NCBI GenBank assembly: GCA_026770705.1
Contig: JANJGN010000071.1
Coordinates: 186,001-250,000 of the forward strand
Reading direction: 5' to 3'
Length of the DNA: 64,000 bases
DNA from: Isurus oxyrinchus
Taxonomy: Eukaryota
Of this stretch, positions 11,981-25,500 are shown one piece after another. The notes below the pieces were generated by a model. The model searched no databases and had not been told where the DNA came from. It worked only from the letters and a program-made list of their open reading frames with translations. The translations under genes and the position numbers were made by a program. Position 1 is the first letter of the stretch. The number at the start of each line of letters is the position of its first letter.

Positions 11981-13600
11981 CCATCCAGTCCAAGTTTCAC
12001 TTTGGCCTGTGAGCAGAACACAGCTCACACAGTTTGGCTGCAGGTGTCTCCCAGCTTTCTATCCTTGTATATCTGTTCTCATGTCCCTGTTCTAAATAAA
12101 TGAACCCACAATGTATTTACCCAATTCCGTATCAGTGGCTGGTGCCTTTATATCATTATAAAAACACAACATGGTGATCAGCGGTGGTCAAACATTCTGG
12201 CAGCAAGATTCAGTACAGGTATGACGTGGTGAACAGCCTGAGATCGAGCTACATGACATGAGACGACCCTCGATGCATTGGTCAGACCACAACAGAGACA
12301 CAGCATCAGAGAGGGTTGAAATCGCAGTGTACTGACTGCTCAGGAAACCTTTGAAGACACAGTGACGGGAAAGAGCTCAAGTAAAGAGCTGGGGAGCAGA
12401 CGGATCCCTCGTGGTGAGATTACAGCACACGGCCTGTAGGTCAGTGAGTGGGACAGTGTGTATCGCCAGGACCAGCAGCGGGTTAGCTCAGTCAGGGAAG
12501 GCGAGTGACCAGGGTGTGGGCTGGATCGATAGTGAGCGAGGGAGAGTCAAACACACAAAAACCATTATAAAAATCAGCCCAGCGAAGTTAGTGATTATAA
12601 CGGGCGGCTTCGAGATTGCTGAACAGCAAATTGAATAAAAAACAAAGACTCCATTACTCCGTGGTGTGTTCCTGCCACAACCCGTCTCCGTGGGCGGAGC
12701 TTCGGAAAAGCGCACGAAAGGGGCTAAAGCGACACTCATCCCAGATCCTGCAGGAGAAGGAAGGTCAAAGGAATATTGTCAGAATGTCCACGAAATTCCC
12801 CAGTTTGAACTGGGATGTAGCTGACCGACTATCTGAATTCAGAATGTTTAAACAGCGTACAGGGCTGTGGTTTCCTGATTCAGCTGTGACTGAACCAGAC
12901 GAACAAGCCATAAAAATTCACCTCGCGATTGGAAATGAAGGTCTACACAGGCTGAACACATCAGGATTAACAGCAGAAGAGCGAAAGGATCCCCAATAGA
13001 TATGGACGATATTGGAAGACAGGTTCAGAATCAGGTGAAACTCCATATTCATCAACTAGAGTTTATGTCATTTCATCAGCCTACACAATCCATAAACCAC
13101 TTCATCAGCCGATGTAGAGAAAAGGGTACGCACTGTGATTTCAAACACAGAGCCTGCAGACAGAGTTGTTGAGTTGGTGATCGCATCCACACCCATGGAA
13201 GCCTTCCAGAAAGATCTGCTAGATAAGACCAAAACCTATAGCATTGAAGAGCTACTCAAGGATGGACATAAATACGAAGTGATCCTCGCAGGTCAACGAA
13301 GCTTACAGGTCCTCAGTACAACATAAGTTGTTGACACACTCACTAGAACATCCAAACCTAGTGAGACGTGTGGAAGGTGTGGCCTTCTGCAGGCACCAAG
13401 GAAATGCCCAGCTTTCCACCAATCCTGCAAGGCTTGTGGCAGAAAGGGCCATTGATAGCGGCAGGGTACTAGAGCAAAGGCTGATGCAGCTACAAAGAGC
13501 CGTGCACTGATCCAAACAGACCCTACACAACGGGGAACCTTCAAGCAATAAGAATGACCATCCCCTATCCCATCAGGAACATTTACATGTGGTGACTGAC
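11980..13600 (+). mobile_element. Degenerate Ty3/Gypsy LTR retrotransposon (LTR end and gag remnant)
   Basis: ...CACAACA|TGG LTR/PBS-like junction at 12171. Gag-like LNWD...FRMFKQR...LAIGNEGL and paired zinc knuckles CGRCG...CPAFHQSCKACGRKGH*, with stops. Confidence 0.65.
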
Positions 13601-15344
13601 AAACCAGGAAATGGCGATGATGTGCACGGCGAGACGAGGAGCTGTGATCGATATTCCACCTCTCACACATATCCTGACGTGGCTTGCCAATAAATTGTGA
13701 ATTGTGGTCTTTACTGATCTCTCTGGGCACATCGAATAAACTGAAAATGTCCCATAGGGGTGGGATTTTCTGGCCCCACCCACTGCCAGGATTGTCCGGT
13801 CCGGCCGAAAGCCAATGGATTTATGTCTGTCCCAGTCTCAGAAACTAACCCATCAACTTAGTTCATGACATAACATTGAAATATGCAGAAAGTTTCAACA
13901 ATATTGGCAGTTTCAAGGGAGCTGCATCATTACACCTGCAGGAGAATGCATTTCTGTCAGACTCCTTGCATTCAAATAAATACAATCCAACTTTGTCACA
14001 CTATCCTGTGCCTTAACTGGCCAATAATTTCTATGCCTTCCGGCTTCACTTGCTCTCTCTTCTAATTTTGGCTGTGCCTCTCCCTCTGCTGAACCTCCTC
14101 TCGGGAACCCATCCCCTGCCATGTTAGTTTAAAGCCTCCCCAATTGCATCAAGGGCAAAATGCCAATTGAAACCAGGGACAACATCCAAGAATGACAATC
14201 CCACAGATCACTGTGAGCTTTTAAAGACACCTCCAGACAAGGTTACCACCACAAGATCTGGGCGTCACAGCAGATCACGTCAATGCGTTAGAGACTCAAA
14301 TATTAGCAGATCTAAACACTTGTATAATTGTCAAGAAATTTGAAAATGATACCAGAAACCTCTTGTTCCCTGTCCTTCTCAAAGATCCATCCCTGCAGCT
14401 GGAGACTTAAGAGTTATTGATGTGGGGCTTAATTTATCAGATTGTAGAATGATCCGGAAGAGAAGGAAGCCATTTGCCCATCGAACATGTGCTGGGCCTT
14501 TGAAAGATCTGTCCAATAAGTCCCACTCTAACCTCTGCTCTCTCCCCCACAGCCCTGCAAAATGTCCCCTTCAAGTATTTATCCAGTTCCCCTTCTGAAA
14601 GTTCCTGTTGAATCTGCTTCCACCGCCCTTTCAGGCAGTGAGTCAATGGTCTCTCTCTGAGCTGCAAAGTGCTCAGATTCTGTGAAATTTATACTCTGCA
14701 GCAGGTCAGAGACACTCATGATAACTCAGAATATTTGACAGTTTTACACACAGACAGCTTTACCTTCCTCTCTCTTTCAGTTATCTTGCTCCCTTATTGA
14801 AGTATCTAGCAAGGTGAGAATGGACAGGAAGTGTGACACTGAACAGCCTGTCTATTCTAGGAGCTGCTGAGTTGTCTTCATGGGAAATTCTGACTAAAAT
14901 CAGCAATAGACACAAAATTTCAGGGCATTGTTATCCGAGTCCTAGCATCAGGATAGACCTCAACCCCCAGTTTTTATCCCTGATTCTCTATTCAGCCAAT
15001 CGCTGCCCTGTCACTGGCTGACGTACACTGACTCTCAGTCCAGCAATGACTCAATTTTCAAATTCTCATCATCGATTTCTTACCCCACCATCCCCCTCTA
15101 CACTCCCGATCCCTGTAACCTGCTCCAACCCTAAAACCCTCTGAGATCTCTGCTCTCCTCCAATTCTGCTGTCAGTCAGGGAGTCAGTGTATATCAGTGA
15201 GCACAGGGGTGATGGGTGAATGGGACTTGGTGTGTGTTTGTACACTGGCTCACTGCTGAATCGGTTCCCTATCAGAGCTCAATAAGAACGATCTTTTACA
15301 AAGACTATTAACCATAAATCTGTCTGAGCTGATGATGATATTAC

Positions 15345-15384
15345 CTTGGAGAAGTGACAGGAGGAAGTAAGATTTCCCGATCAT
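15345..15384 (-). CDS. Gene C signal-peptide exon (MIGKSYFLLSLLQ)
   Basis: Same coding sequence as leader 43346-43385. Flanks about 14540-15640 are homologous to the gene B repeat unit. Confidence 0.75.
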
Positions 15385-15689
15385 CGTCCACTCCCAGATA
15401 TTTCCTCAGCTTCTAATTCTGAAGTTCTGAAAGAGAAAGGAGTTAATGAGACCTCACCTCTTGTCCGACAGCTCTCAAGAGATCAGAACCGCTTTTAGAC
15501 AATGTCTTCACAGACGAATTTGATTCTCTGTGGGATGATAGGTGCTCTGCAGAGAGTTACAAGGCTTTAAGAAAGAAAAGCAAGGAAGGACTTGCATTTC
15601 CATAGCACCTTTCACCTCCTCAGGGTGTCCCAAAGCTCATGTCTCTGCAATTCCTCATCCCTCTGGTGCCAAGACTGTGGTTGAATGGC

Positions 15690-15915
15690 CTCATCCTGTT
15701 CCTGTGTAACAGATTCAAGGCGGCTAAATAGGCCTCTTCCTTTTCCTGTGTGACAGGCCCGAGGGGGCTGAATGGCCTCCTCCTGATCCTGTGTAACAGG
15801 CTCGAGGGGCTGAATGGCCTCCTCCTGTTCCTGTGTAACAGGCTCGAGGGACTGTATGGCCTCCTTCTGTTCCTGTGTAACAGGCTCGAGGGACTGAATG
15901 GCCTCCTTCTGTACT
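15690..15915 (+). repeat. 42-bp minisatellite derived from the CR1 3' tail
   Basis: CTGTGTAACAGGCTCGAGGGGCTGAATGGCCTCCTCCTGTTC x about 5. The core matches LINE tails at about 6875 and 60040. Confidence 0.75.
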
Positions 15916-17376
15916 GTAAACTTGTTGCTGTAACTGCCTCTTTTGTTTCATTCAGCTGAATCTTCAGCTCTTTAGGCTATTCCTTTTATCTCTTGGGTCA
16001 GTACTGAGGGAGTGCTGCACTGTCGGAGGGTCAGTACTGAGGGAGTGCTGCACTGACAGAGGGTCAGTACTGAGGGAGTGCTGCACTGTCAGAGTGTCAG
16101 TACTGAGGGAGTGCTGCACTGTCAGAGGGTCAGTACTGTGGGAGTGCTGCACTGTCAGAGGGTCAGTACTGAGGGAATGCTGCTGTCGGAGGGTCAGTAC
16201 TGAGGGAGTGCTGCACGGTCAGAGGTTCAGTACTGAGGGAGTGCTGCACTGTCGGAGGGTCAGTACTGAGGGAGTGCTGCACTGTCAGAACTGCCGTAAT
16301 TCAGATGATGTTTGAAATTAGCAACATGCCTCGTGTAACAATCTATATCATCAGCTCAATATAAATAGATTAGTCCTGTACGTTTCACTTTACTGCAAAT
16401 TGTTCATGGTTTCATTTCCTTGTTAACCAGGCTCATGTGATGACTATTTTTAAATAATGTTTGTTATTTGGAACAAGGGGCCATGCCTGAACAGATAACT
16501 GTCGGATCAAGCAGCTGGGTTTTTTCTTGAACCTGGCTTCATTCAGATGTTTGCTGCTGGACATGAGATCATTAATGTGTGAATGTAGAATCGGAGTCAC
16601 CTCAGTGAACAGCAGCATTGGTTAAACAGCCTGATCTGCAATAAGAACTGCTGAACACAATGTCCATTCAGAACAGCTCGGTCCCCGATCAGAGAAACAG
16701 CCTCAGACAGAACCAACTGACGCTGGAATCCATACAATTCATCAACGTGTTGGGAGTTAGTTTGATGTCGGAGATGGAGTGTTACTGGGAAGGATGGAAC
16801 CCGTCAGGATGAACAGCTCGATGTACGACAAGGAAAGGATGAGCTAAGAGGGGTTGGTCACGGACAGACGGAGCGTGTGAAGACTCAACAAGCTAATGGC
16901 AGGTGAAGAGCTGGAAAGGTGTCTTTTCAACACAAGGTTTAGACACAGAACTCGATGTTTGATCGGGTATTTCAAACAGAGAAACTCTTTACAGGGTGAA
17001 TGGACCTTGTCAATAATCCATCCAGCCAACCTCGCCTGGAGATTAGTCCAATATTAGACACTAAACCGAGACCCCCGTCTGCCCTCTCGGGCGGGTGTGA
17101 AAGATCCCACAGCCACTATTTGGAGGAAGAGCAGGGGGGAGATCTCCCCGGTGTCCTGGCACCAATATTTATCCCTCAACCAACATCACCAAAAACAGAT
17201 GATCACATTGCTGTTTGTGGGAGCTTGCTGTGCGCTAATTGGCTGCTGCGTTTCCTACATTACAACAGTAACCACACTTCGAAAAAAGGGTGTACTCAAC
17301 TGTAAAGTGTTCTGGGACATCCAGAGACCATGCTGTACAGAAGAGATTTGACAGGAGCAGCAAGTGTTTTACTTAC

Positions 17377-17700
17377 AGGAGAATGAGTCCCCAGGGTTGT
17401 AGAGTCAATCCTGTCAGATGAATGTCTAACTGGAGACACTTCAGGGAGCTGATCTAATTCTGGAAATGTTCAGTTTACCAGGATCGGAGGAGAGATGATC
17501 TTCCTCTCCTGACTGCATCGGACACGAGGTGAACTGGCTCTGGGAGGAGGGTCAGTGTTAACCCAGTTTTTCTGTGTTTGAGGGAGATGTGAAACTGGGG
17601 AAGTCACGTGGTTTTTTGGTGTGGTCACTCCATGTCTTTATTTGGTGCAGCACTCATTTAGTTCATGTCGTTGTTTCAATGCTACAAAACCACAGCGCAT
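17377..17700 (-). promoter_or_regulatory. Candidate promoter and non-coding first exon for gene C
   Basis: CT|GTAAGT donor at 17377. Clustered ETS-like GAAACTGGGGAAGT (17591), E-box CACGTG (17605) and RUNX-like TGTGGT/AACCACA motifs. Inference only. Confidence 0.3.
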
Positions 17701-17809
17701 TCTGGACTATTTCTGCCTGACCTGCTGTCAGATACACACAGTCTGACAGAGAGGTGGAAAAGTGGTCCCTAGCAACGTGTGAAACTGTGAACTCGACTCA
17801 GTCAGAATG

Positions 17810-18320
17810 CACACACATACACACACACACACAAACACACACACACACTCACACACATACACACATACACACATTTCCTCTTGTTCATTCTTTTAAACAC
17901 ACACACTCCCTCTCAAACACGCACTCCCTCTCTCGCACACTCCCTCTCTCAAACACATACACCCTCTCTCTCAAACACACACACACACGCTCTCATGCAC
18001 ACGCTCTCTCACATACACACTCTCTCTTTCACACACACACTATCTAACACCCACAGATTCTCTCTCTTTCTTTCTCTCTCACACATAAGCTCTCTCTCTA
18101 ACACAGACATTCCCTTTCTCTCACACACACTCTCTCTCTCACACAATTCAGCTACCTCTCTCTCTCATGCACACACACACTCTACCTCTCTTTTGCTCTC
18201 TCACATATTTTCTCTTTCTCTCTATCCTTCTCTCTCGCACACATACGCACTGTCACTCTCTCACACACACATTGTCTCTCTTTCTCACACACGCACTCAC
18301 TCTCTCTCTCTCTCTCTCCA
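17810..18320. repeat. (CA)n/(CT)n low-complexity tract (similar at 21355-21820, 22700-23135, 30410-30715, 52485-52640)
   Basis: Direct inspection. Confidence 0.9.
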
Positions 18321-19159
18321 AGACAGACGGTTGGGGTTTTCAAACCATCTCAAGGTTACAGCTCAAAACCAGATGGACTCTCCCCAGTGAGGGAGTGCTG
18401 AGGGAGTGCTGCACTGTTGGAAGGTCAATATTGAGGGAGTGCTGCACTGTCAGAGGGTGAGTACTGAGGGAGTGCTGCACTGTCAGGAGGTCAGTACTGA
18501 GGGAGACCCTGCTCGATCAAAGGGTCAGTACTGAGGCAGTGCTGAACTGTCGGAGGGTCAGTACTGAGGGAGTGCTGCACTGTCAGAGGGTCAGTACTGA
18601 GGGTGTGCTGCACTGTCGGAGGGTCAGTGCTGAGGGAGTGCTGCACTGTCGGAGAGTGAGCGCTGAGGGAAAGCTGCTCTGTCAGACCTGCCATATTTCA
18701 GATGAAGTTTGAAATTAACAACATGCCTCATGTATAATTATATATCATCAGCTCAAAATAAATAGATTATTCCTGTACGTTTCACTTTACTGTAAATTGT
18801 TGGCAGTTTCATTTCCTTAGAAACCAGGCTTGTGTGATCACTATTTTTAAATAACATTAATAATTAAGATGCAACAATANNNNNNNNNNNNNNNNNNNNN
18901 NNNNNNNNNNNNNNNNNNNNNNNNNNNNNNNNNNNNNNNNNNNNNNNNNNNNNNNNNNNNNNNNNNNNNNNNNNNNNNNNNNNNNNNNNNNNNNNNNNNN
19001 NNNNNNNNNNNNNNNNNNNNNNNNNNNNNNNNNNNNNNNNATAGACTCACTCAGACACACACACACACTCACATATGTTCACACTGACACACGCTCGCGC
19101 AGGCAGACACACTCATGCTCACACAGACAGGCAGAGAGACAGCCACACACACACACACA

Positions 19160-21769
19160 CATGTCAGAAATAAAAAGTTAGAGTCCAATAAAAATTTAAA
19201 TGAATATATGATTGATAGCTTTGCTTGTCTTCGAGGTGTAGATTGTTGAAGTTTGCAAAGTTGATTGGTTTCCTGTGGCATCCTTGTGGTGATTTGATTC
19301 AGATTTGGACTTGTTGAAGATGCTCTGTTAGCTTCAGAAAGAGAGAGAGAGAGAGAGAATTTCTGCTCTTTTCCAGCAGTGTTTTTGGGTGACTGCCATC
19401 TTTCCTTTTCCTCCTACTTTCTCTTATATCTGCTTGACAGAACCTGTTGTTAAACTCCTGTCTGTATATTCCCAAAATGGAATTCGATCAGCATGTCTTG
19501 CATTCATTGTTATAGGCCAAGTAATCCCATTTTTTGATCTTTGCATCTTTGAAACATTTGATGCATTTCAAGATATAAATCAACAGGAGATGGAGACATT
19601 TCATCCTCCACAAGGGGTTTTGAATGATTGATGAATATCTGCATGGTGAGCAGTTCCCATTATCTTGATAGACCTACAGTGATCAAAGCCCAGCACTTTG
19701 CATTTTTAAGGGAGTCCCAGTTTCAAGTGGACCCTGACACATCTCAGTGAGAACCTTCATGCAACATGTCTGTAGTGCAATTCATTTGAAGCTTTCCAGA
19801 GAAGTGATCACGTTTGCAGTATCAGCAATCAGGTGACTCGTGACAGCCATTTTTGATCAGAGCCTAATCTGGTACTTTTGAAAAACAGGTCTCCTTTAAA
19901 CAGTTCAATACATTTTTGGCTTGTTGGTTAAGTTGAAGGAAGCTCTGTTATGACATAACAGATGGTAAATGCTGAGCTGTTCAAATCCTGGAGGGAAACT
20001 TGAAACAACTGTCACAACTAATTTCCAACTTGTATGTTTTGAGATGTGGGCTTTGAATTCAGTAGTAATGAGGTTAAGAGGTTTAACAGGTAATTCTGTT
20101 CACCTCAACAGGTTCACCACTTGTCTGATACAGTCAGGAGAGGGAGATCATCTCTCTTCCGATCCTGGTAAACTGAACATTTCCAGAATTAGATCAGCTC
20201 CCTGAAGTGTCTCCAGTTAGTCATTCATCTGACAGGATTGACTCTACAACCCTGGGGACTCATTCTCCTGTAAGTAAAACACTTGCTGCTCCTGTCAAAT
20301 CTCTTCTGTACAGCATGGTCTCTGGATGTCCCAGAACACTTTACAGTTGAGTTCACCCTTTTTTCAGTGTAAGAGGATTTTATAAAACTAAATTAAACAT
20401 TGATTAACAAGAAAAAATGATTTTTAAGCATACACATCTGTCTATAAATTACTACTATAATAACTTCTAAATCCCTTAATTAATTTAACTTCCATTTACA
20501 CACGTCAGAATTAAAAAATTAGAGTCCGACAAAAATTTGAAAGAATATATGATTAATACCTTTGCTTGTCTTTGAGGCGTAGATTGCTGAAGTTTGCAGC
20601 TGTTCAAAGTTAATTGGTTACCTGTGGCATCCTGGTGGTGATTTGATTCAGATTTGCATTTTTTTGAAGACGCTCTGTTATCTCTGTTAAGGCAACAGTA
20701 AAAGACAGAGATTTTAAATGTCCCAGGAACAGTAAACGATACGCTGAACAGTTGAGTTCAAAGTGAATTCTCTTAACTTCAGTCCCTGGAGGCAGCAGCT
20801 TGGTACATGCAGGCTGAAGGCTTTTCATCATTGTAAGATCTTAAAAACACCGACCCTTACACACAGTCTTCACTCCTTGATACATATTTTCCCCTCTGAA
20901 TGCAAATTCCCATTGTTTCACTATGTCTTTGGACTTTATCTTTGTAATAATACAAATCTCTCATAGCCCTAAGTTTTACCAGTAATCTTTGACAAAAATA
21001 AACACACTGTTTCTTATCTTCACCTGGCTGGGTGACACATTTCTCTCCTTCTTTGAAAACAATCTCGTTTGGTTTAACTTAAAATGCAAATTGCCCCCTT
21101 TACACTTCACATTCTAAAACATCCCCATGTTTACCTAATAAACAGTTCAAACCTAACTTCTCTTCTTCCATCAAAACACCCAGACCAGCTTCCTCTAATT
21201 CCAATAAATCTCACACAAACACATCACAGACACATGTGGACACAGACACATGGACTCTATTTTACAATAAATTCCAATAACATTGTGGAGATTATTATAT
21301 ATTCCTGACATGCTGTTACTCAGTCGCAGTTTCCTGTCAGTGGGACATTATCTTTGTTTGTGTGTGTTTGTGTGTTGGTAAGTGGATGTGGGTGTGTGTG
21401 AATGTGTGTGTGTGAGAGTGTGTGTGTGAGAGTGTGTGTGTGTGTGAATGTTGTTACAACTGGGTGACGGGCAGTGAACTGGCTCCCTTTCTATTCAACC
21501 CCCATGGTTGGTTGCAAAAAGGGTTTAAAATATAGTTTCCCCCAAATGCAATTTCCATAACAAGTCATACACACGCTCACACACAGGCCCACACACACAG
21601 ACACACAGGCACACATACACACACTCACACACAGGCACACACACACAGACACACAGGTGCACACGCATACACACACAAACGCACACAAACACAGACAAGC
21701 ACAGACACACACCACACTGACACCCACACACAGACAGGCACAGACACACACACACACTCACACAGGAAG

Positions 21770-21820
<51 letters not shown>

Positions 21821-22680
21821 GATATCAGAGGTAAAATAATTATGGAGCCCAATTAAAAAAAAATCAAAGAGTTATTATACTGCAGCATAGTTTGTGAAGT
21901 TTGAAGCTGTTTTAAATTAGTTGGTTTGCTGTAGAATCCTGTATTTTATCTGGCTCAGACTTGCACATTATTGAAGACACTCTGTTAGCTTCAGACAGAG
22001 AGAGAGAAAGAAGGGGGGGGGGGAGAGAGAGAGAGAGAGAGAGACAGGGATAGAGGGAGAAATCATTTCTGCTCTTTTCCAGCAGTGTTTGTGGAAGACT
22101 GCCATATTTCTTTTTCCTCCTCCTTTCTCTTATATCTGCTTGGCAGAACCATTTGTTATCTCCTGTCTGTATATTCCTGAAGGGAATTCAATCAGCATGT
22201 TTTGCATTCATTGTTAAAGGCCAAGTATTCACGTTTTTTATCTTTGCATCTCTGAAACCTTTGATGCATTTCAAGATATAAATCAACAAGAGATGAGGAT
22301 ATTGCATCCTCCTCAGGGGGTTTTGAATGGCTGATGATTATACGCTTGGTGAGCAGTTCCCACTGTTTTGTTGATAGAACTACAGCTGCTCAAAGTCTAG
22401 CACTTTGCATTTTAATGCCTTCCTTTTAAGAGTGTTCCTGTTTGCAGTGAACCCTGACACACCCCAGGCATGAACTTCCATGCAACAGCTCTGCAGTGCA
22501 ATTCATTTGAACTTTTCCAGAGAAGTGATCAACTTCACACCGTATCAGCAATCAGGTGACTTGTGTCAGCCATTTTTGATCTGTGTACAATCTTGTATTT
22601 CTTTGCAAAACAGGTCACTTTTAAACAGTTCAATACATCTTTGGTCAGTTAGTTAAGTTGTAGGAAGCTCTAAATCACAG
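19160..22680. repeat. Three related copies of an unclassified LTR-like element with microsatellites
   Basis: 19165-19955, 20503-20690 and 21885-22670 align by eye. Confidence 0.5.
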
Positions 22681-23789
22681 TTTGCTGTCAGGATATTGTC
22701 TTTGGGTGTGTGTTTGGGTGTGTGTAAGTGAGTGTCTGTGTGTGTGTGAGAATGTGAGTGTGTTTGTGTCTGTCTNNNNNNNNNNNNNNNNNNNNNNNNN
22801 NNNNNNNNNNNNNNNNNNNNNNNNNNNNNNNNNNNNNNNNNNNNNNNNNNNNNNNNNNNNNNNNNNNNNNNNNNNNNNNNNNNNNNNNNNNNNNNNNNNN
22901 NNNNNNNNNNNNNNNNNNNNNNNNNNNNNGTGTCTGTCTGTAAGTGTGTGAGCGTGTGTATGTGTGTTTGTGTATGTGTGTGAGTGTGTGTATGTCTGTT
23001 TGTGTATGTGTGTGTGCGTGTCTGTGTGTGTGTGAGTGAGTGTGTGTGTCTCTGTATGTGAGTATGTGTGTATGGGTGTGTCTGTGTATGTGTCTATGTG
23101 TGTGTGTCTGTGTGTGTGTTTGTGAGAGAGAGAGAGCAAGCGCTTCACAGAGTGAAACCTCCCTGAATGTGGCCGCTGTGTTTAACATTTAAGCCACACA
23201 GACAGGATGTGGTTAAAAGGTGAAACCACAAGGAGTGAGTGTGTATTCCAGTGACTGTCTCTCTGTGGGTTTCCTGTGGGTTTCTGTGAACTGCCTGTGG
23301 TTTTAAAAAGAATCTTCCAACCCCACATGCACGGCATCAAATAAGGATTTGGAAGCTGCAGCTCAGAGAGTAACTAGTCCCCCGAGAATTCACAGCCCCT
23401 CAAACACAGATTAACAGCATTAATCCTGACCGTCAGCCCACTCACTCATTGCCTCTTGTCTCAGACACTAGAAAGTGGAAGTTAAGGCCGGATTTTCACT
23501 CCCGGGTTGGGGGACACAGAGACGGCAGGAAAAAATAACAAAATATGTCTCGAGCACACAGAGCTCCAAGGGAAGGGTCGTGCTGCAGCTAAGGTGTGAG
23601 ACACGGCACATTCCCCGGATGCAGCATTGAGGCTTGTATGTCTACACAGCTGATGTAGGTGCACATGGAACACATGTGAATGAGCACTGTGATGCACACA
23701 CACCCTGGAGAGTAATATCCCTCCATGCACTACATATCAGGCTAACATCAACTCATGTTGTCATTGCTGACTCACAGGGTTGAAGAAGG

Positions 23790-24010
23790 TCACAGAGACG
23801 ACTCATCTTAAACCCCTCGATTAGATCACCCCTTAATCTTTGAGACTCGAGGGAACACAAGCCTGGTCTGTGCAACCTGTCCTCGGGATTTAACCCTTTC
23901 AGCTCCGGGATCATCCTGGTGACACTGCACAGCACCCCCTCCGAGGACAATATATCCTCCCTGAGGTGCCGGACCCAGAACTGAACCCAGTGACACCAGA
24001 TTGGGTGTGA
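23790..24010 (-). mobile_element. CR1 LINE fragment
   Basis: TRMIPELKGLNPEDRL...RLRGDLIEGFK. Confidence 0.65.
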
Positions 24011-24429
24011 GGGGATCTTAATAAAACTGTGCCAGACACTTCAAAAATCTCTTCAATTCAACCTTGTAAACGCAGTAGGAAAAATCCCAGGGGGCCATTG
24101 TATCTTAGCAACATCGTAAACTTGGCCAAAAGAATCCCCCTGGTCACCCCTGAGTGTTACTCATATTGTAAACACAACGTATCGAGATCCTCCCGTCTCT
24201 GAGAAGCAAAACTAGGACACTAGAGCACCACCACTGGCAGGAGGCTGTAATTACAGTGTGACATGTTTACATGGGAATGTTCCATTACCAATGACACAGG
24301 AATTTAAATAATCAGAAGGGCATGTGACAACAGGAAGTGGTGCCTTGGAGAATGGAATTATTCACTAGAGTACGTATTTAATTTGATAAAAATGTACAGA
24401 AATGTCAGGGCATTTTAATTGCTTCTTTT

Positions 24430-25500
24430 TTGTATTCATTCACTGACACTGGCGAGGCCAGAATTTATTGCCCATCCCTAATTGTCCTTGAGAATATGGG
24501 GGTGAGCTGCCTTCCTGAGCTGCTGCAGTCCCTGTTGTGTACGTACACCCACAGAACTGTTTGGGAGGGAGTTGCAGGATTCTGACCCAGCGACAGTGAA
24601 GGAACGGTGATATATTTCCAAGTCAGGATGGTAAGTGACTTCGAGGGGAACTTCCAGGTGGTGGTGTTCCCATGTGTCTGCTGCCCTTGTCCTTCTAGAT
24701 GGTAGTGGTCATGTGTTTGGAAGGTGCTGTCTAAGGAGGCTTGGTGAATCCCTACGTTGCATCTTGTAGATGGTACACACACTGCTGCCGCTGTACGTCA
24801 GTTTTGGAGGGAGAGAATGTTTATGGATGGGGTGCAAATCAAGCGGGGCTGCTTTGTCCTTGGCGGTGTCGAGCTTCTTGAGTGTTGTTAGAGCTGCACT
24901 CACCTAGGCAGGTGAAGAGTATTCCATCACACTCCTGACCAGTGCCTTGAGGTTGATGGACAGGCTTTGGGGAGTCAGGAGGTGAGTTACTCACCACAGG
25001 ATTCCCAGCCTCTGGCCTGCTCTTGTAGTCACAGTGTTTATATGGCTAGTCCAGTTCAGTTTCTTGTCAACGTTAACCCCCAGCGTGTTGATAGTGGGGG
25101 ATTCAGCAATGGTGATGCCATTGGACATTAAGGAGAGATGGATATATTCTCTCTGGTTGGAGATGGTCATTGCCTGGCACTTGTGTGGCATGAATGTTAC
25201 TTGCCACTTGTCAGGCCAAGCCTGGATATTGTCAAGATCTTGCTGCATTTGGACATGGACTGCTTCAGTATCTGATGAGTCATGAACGATGTTGAACGTT
25301 GTGCAATCATCAGTGACCTTCCATAATCCTGACCATCTGATAGAATGAATGTCATTGATGAAGCAGCTGAAGATGGTTGGGCCTAGGACACTACACTGAG
25401 CAACTCCTGCGGTGATGTCCTGGAACTGAGATGACTGACCTCCAACAACCACAACCACCTTCCTTTGTACTTGGTATGAATCCAACGAGTGGAGAGTTTT
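24430..25500 (-). mobile_element. LINE RT/3' fragment (same family at 31190-31520, 50470-51215, 54680-55130, 57600-58060)
   Basis: VVVGGQSS...ITAGVAQCSVLGPTIFSCFIND...QQDLDNIQAW.DKWQVTF...KCQ. Confidence 0.75.

Noticed and set aside
17754-18460. His/Thr/Ser/Leu-rich and Cys/Val-rich ORFs
   Set aside because: They are translations of (CA)n/(CT)n tracts.
18880-19040. N runs as biological features
   Set aside because: They are gaps or masked sequence next to microsatellites; their content is unknown.
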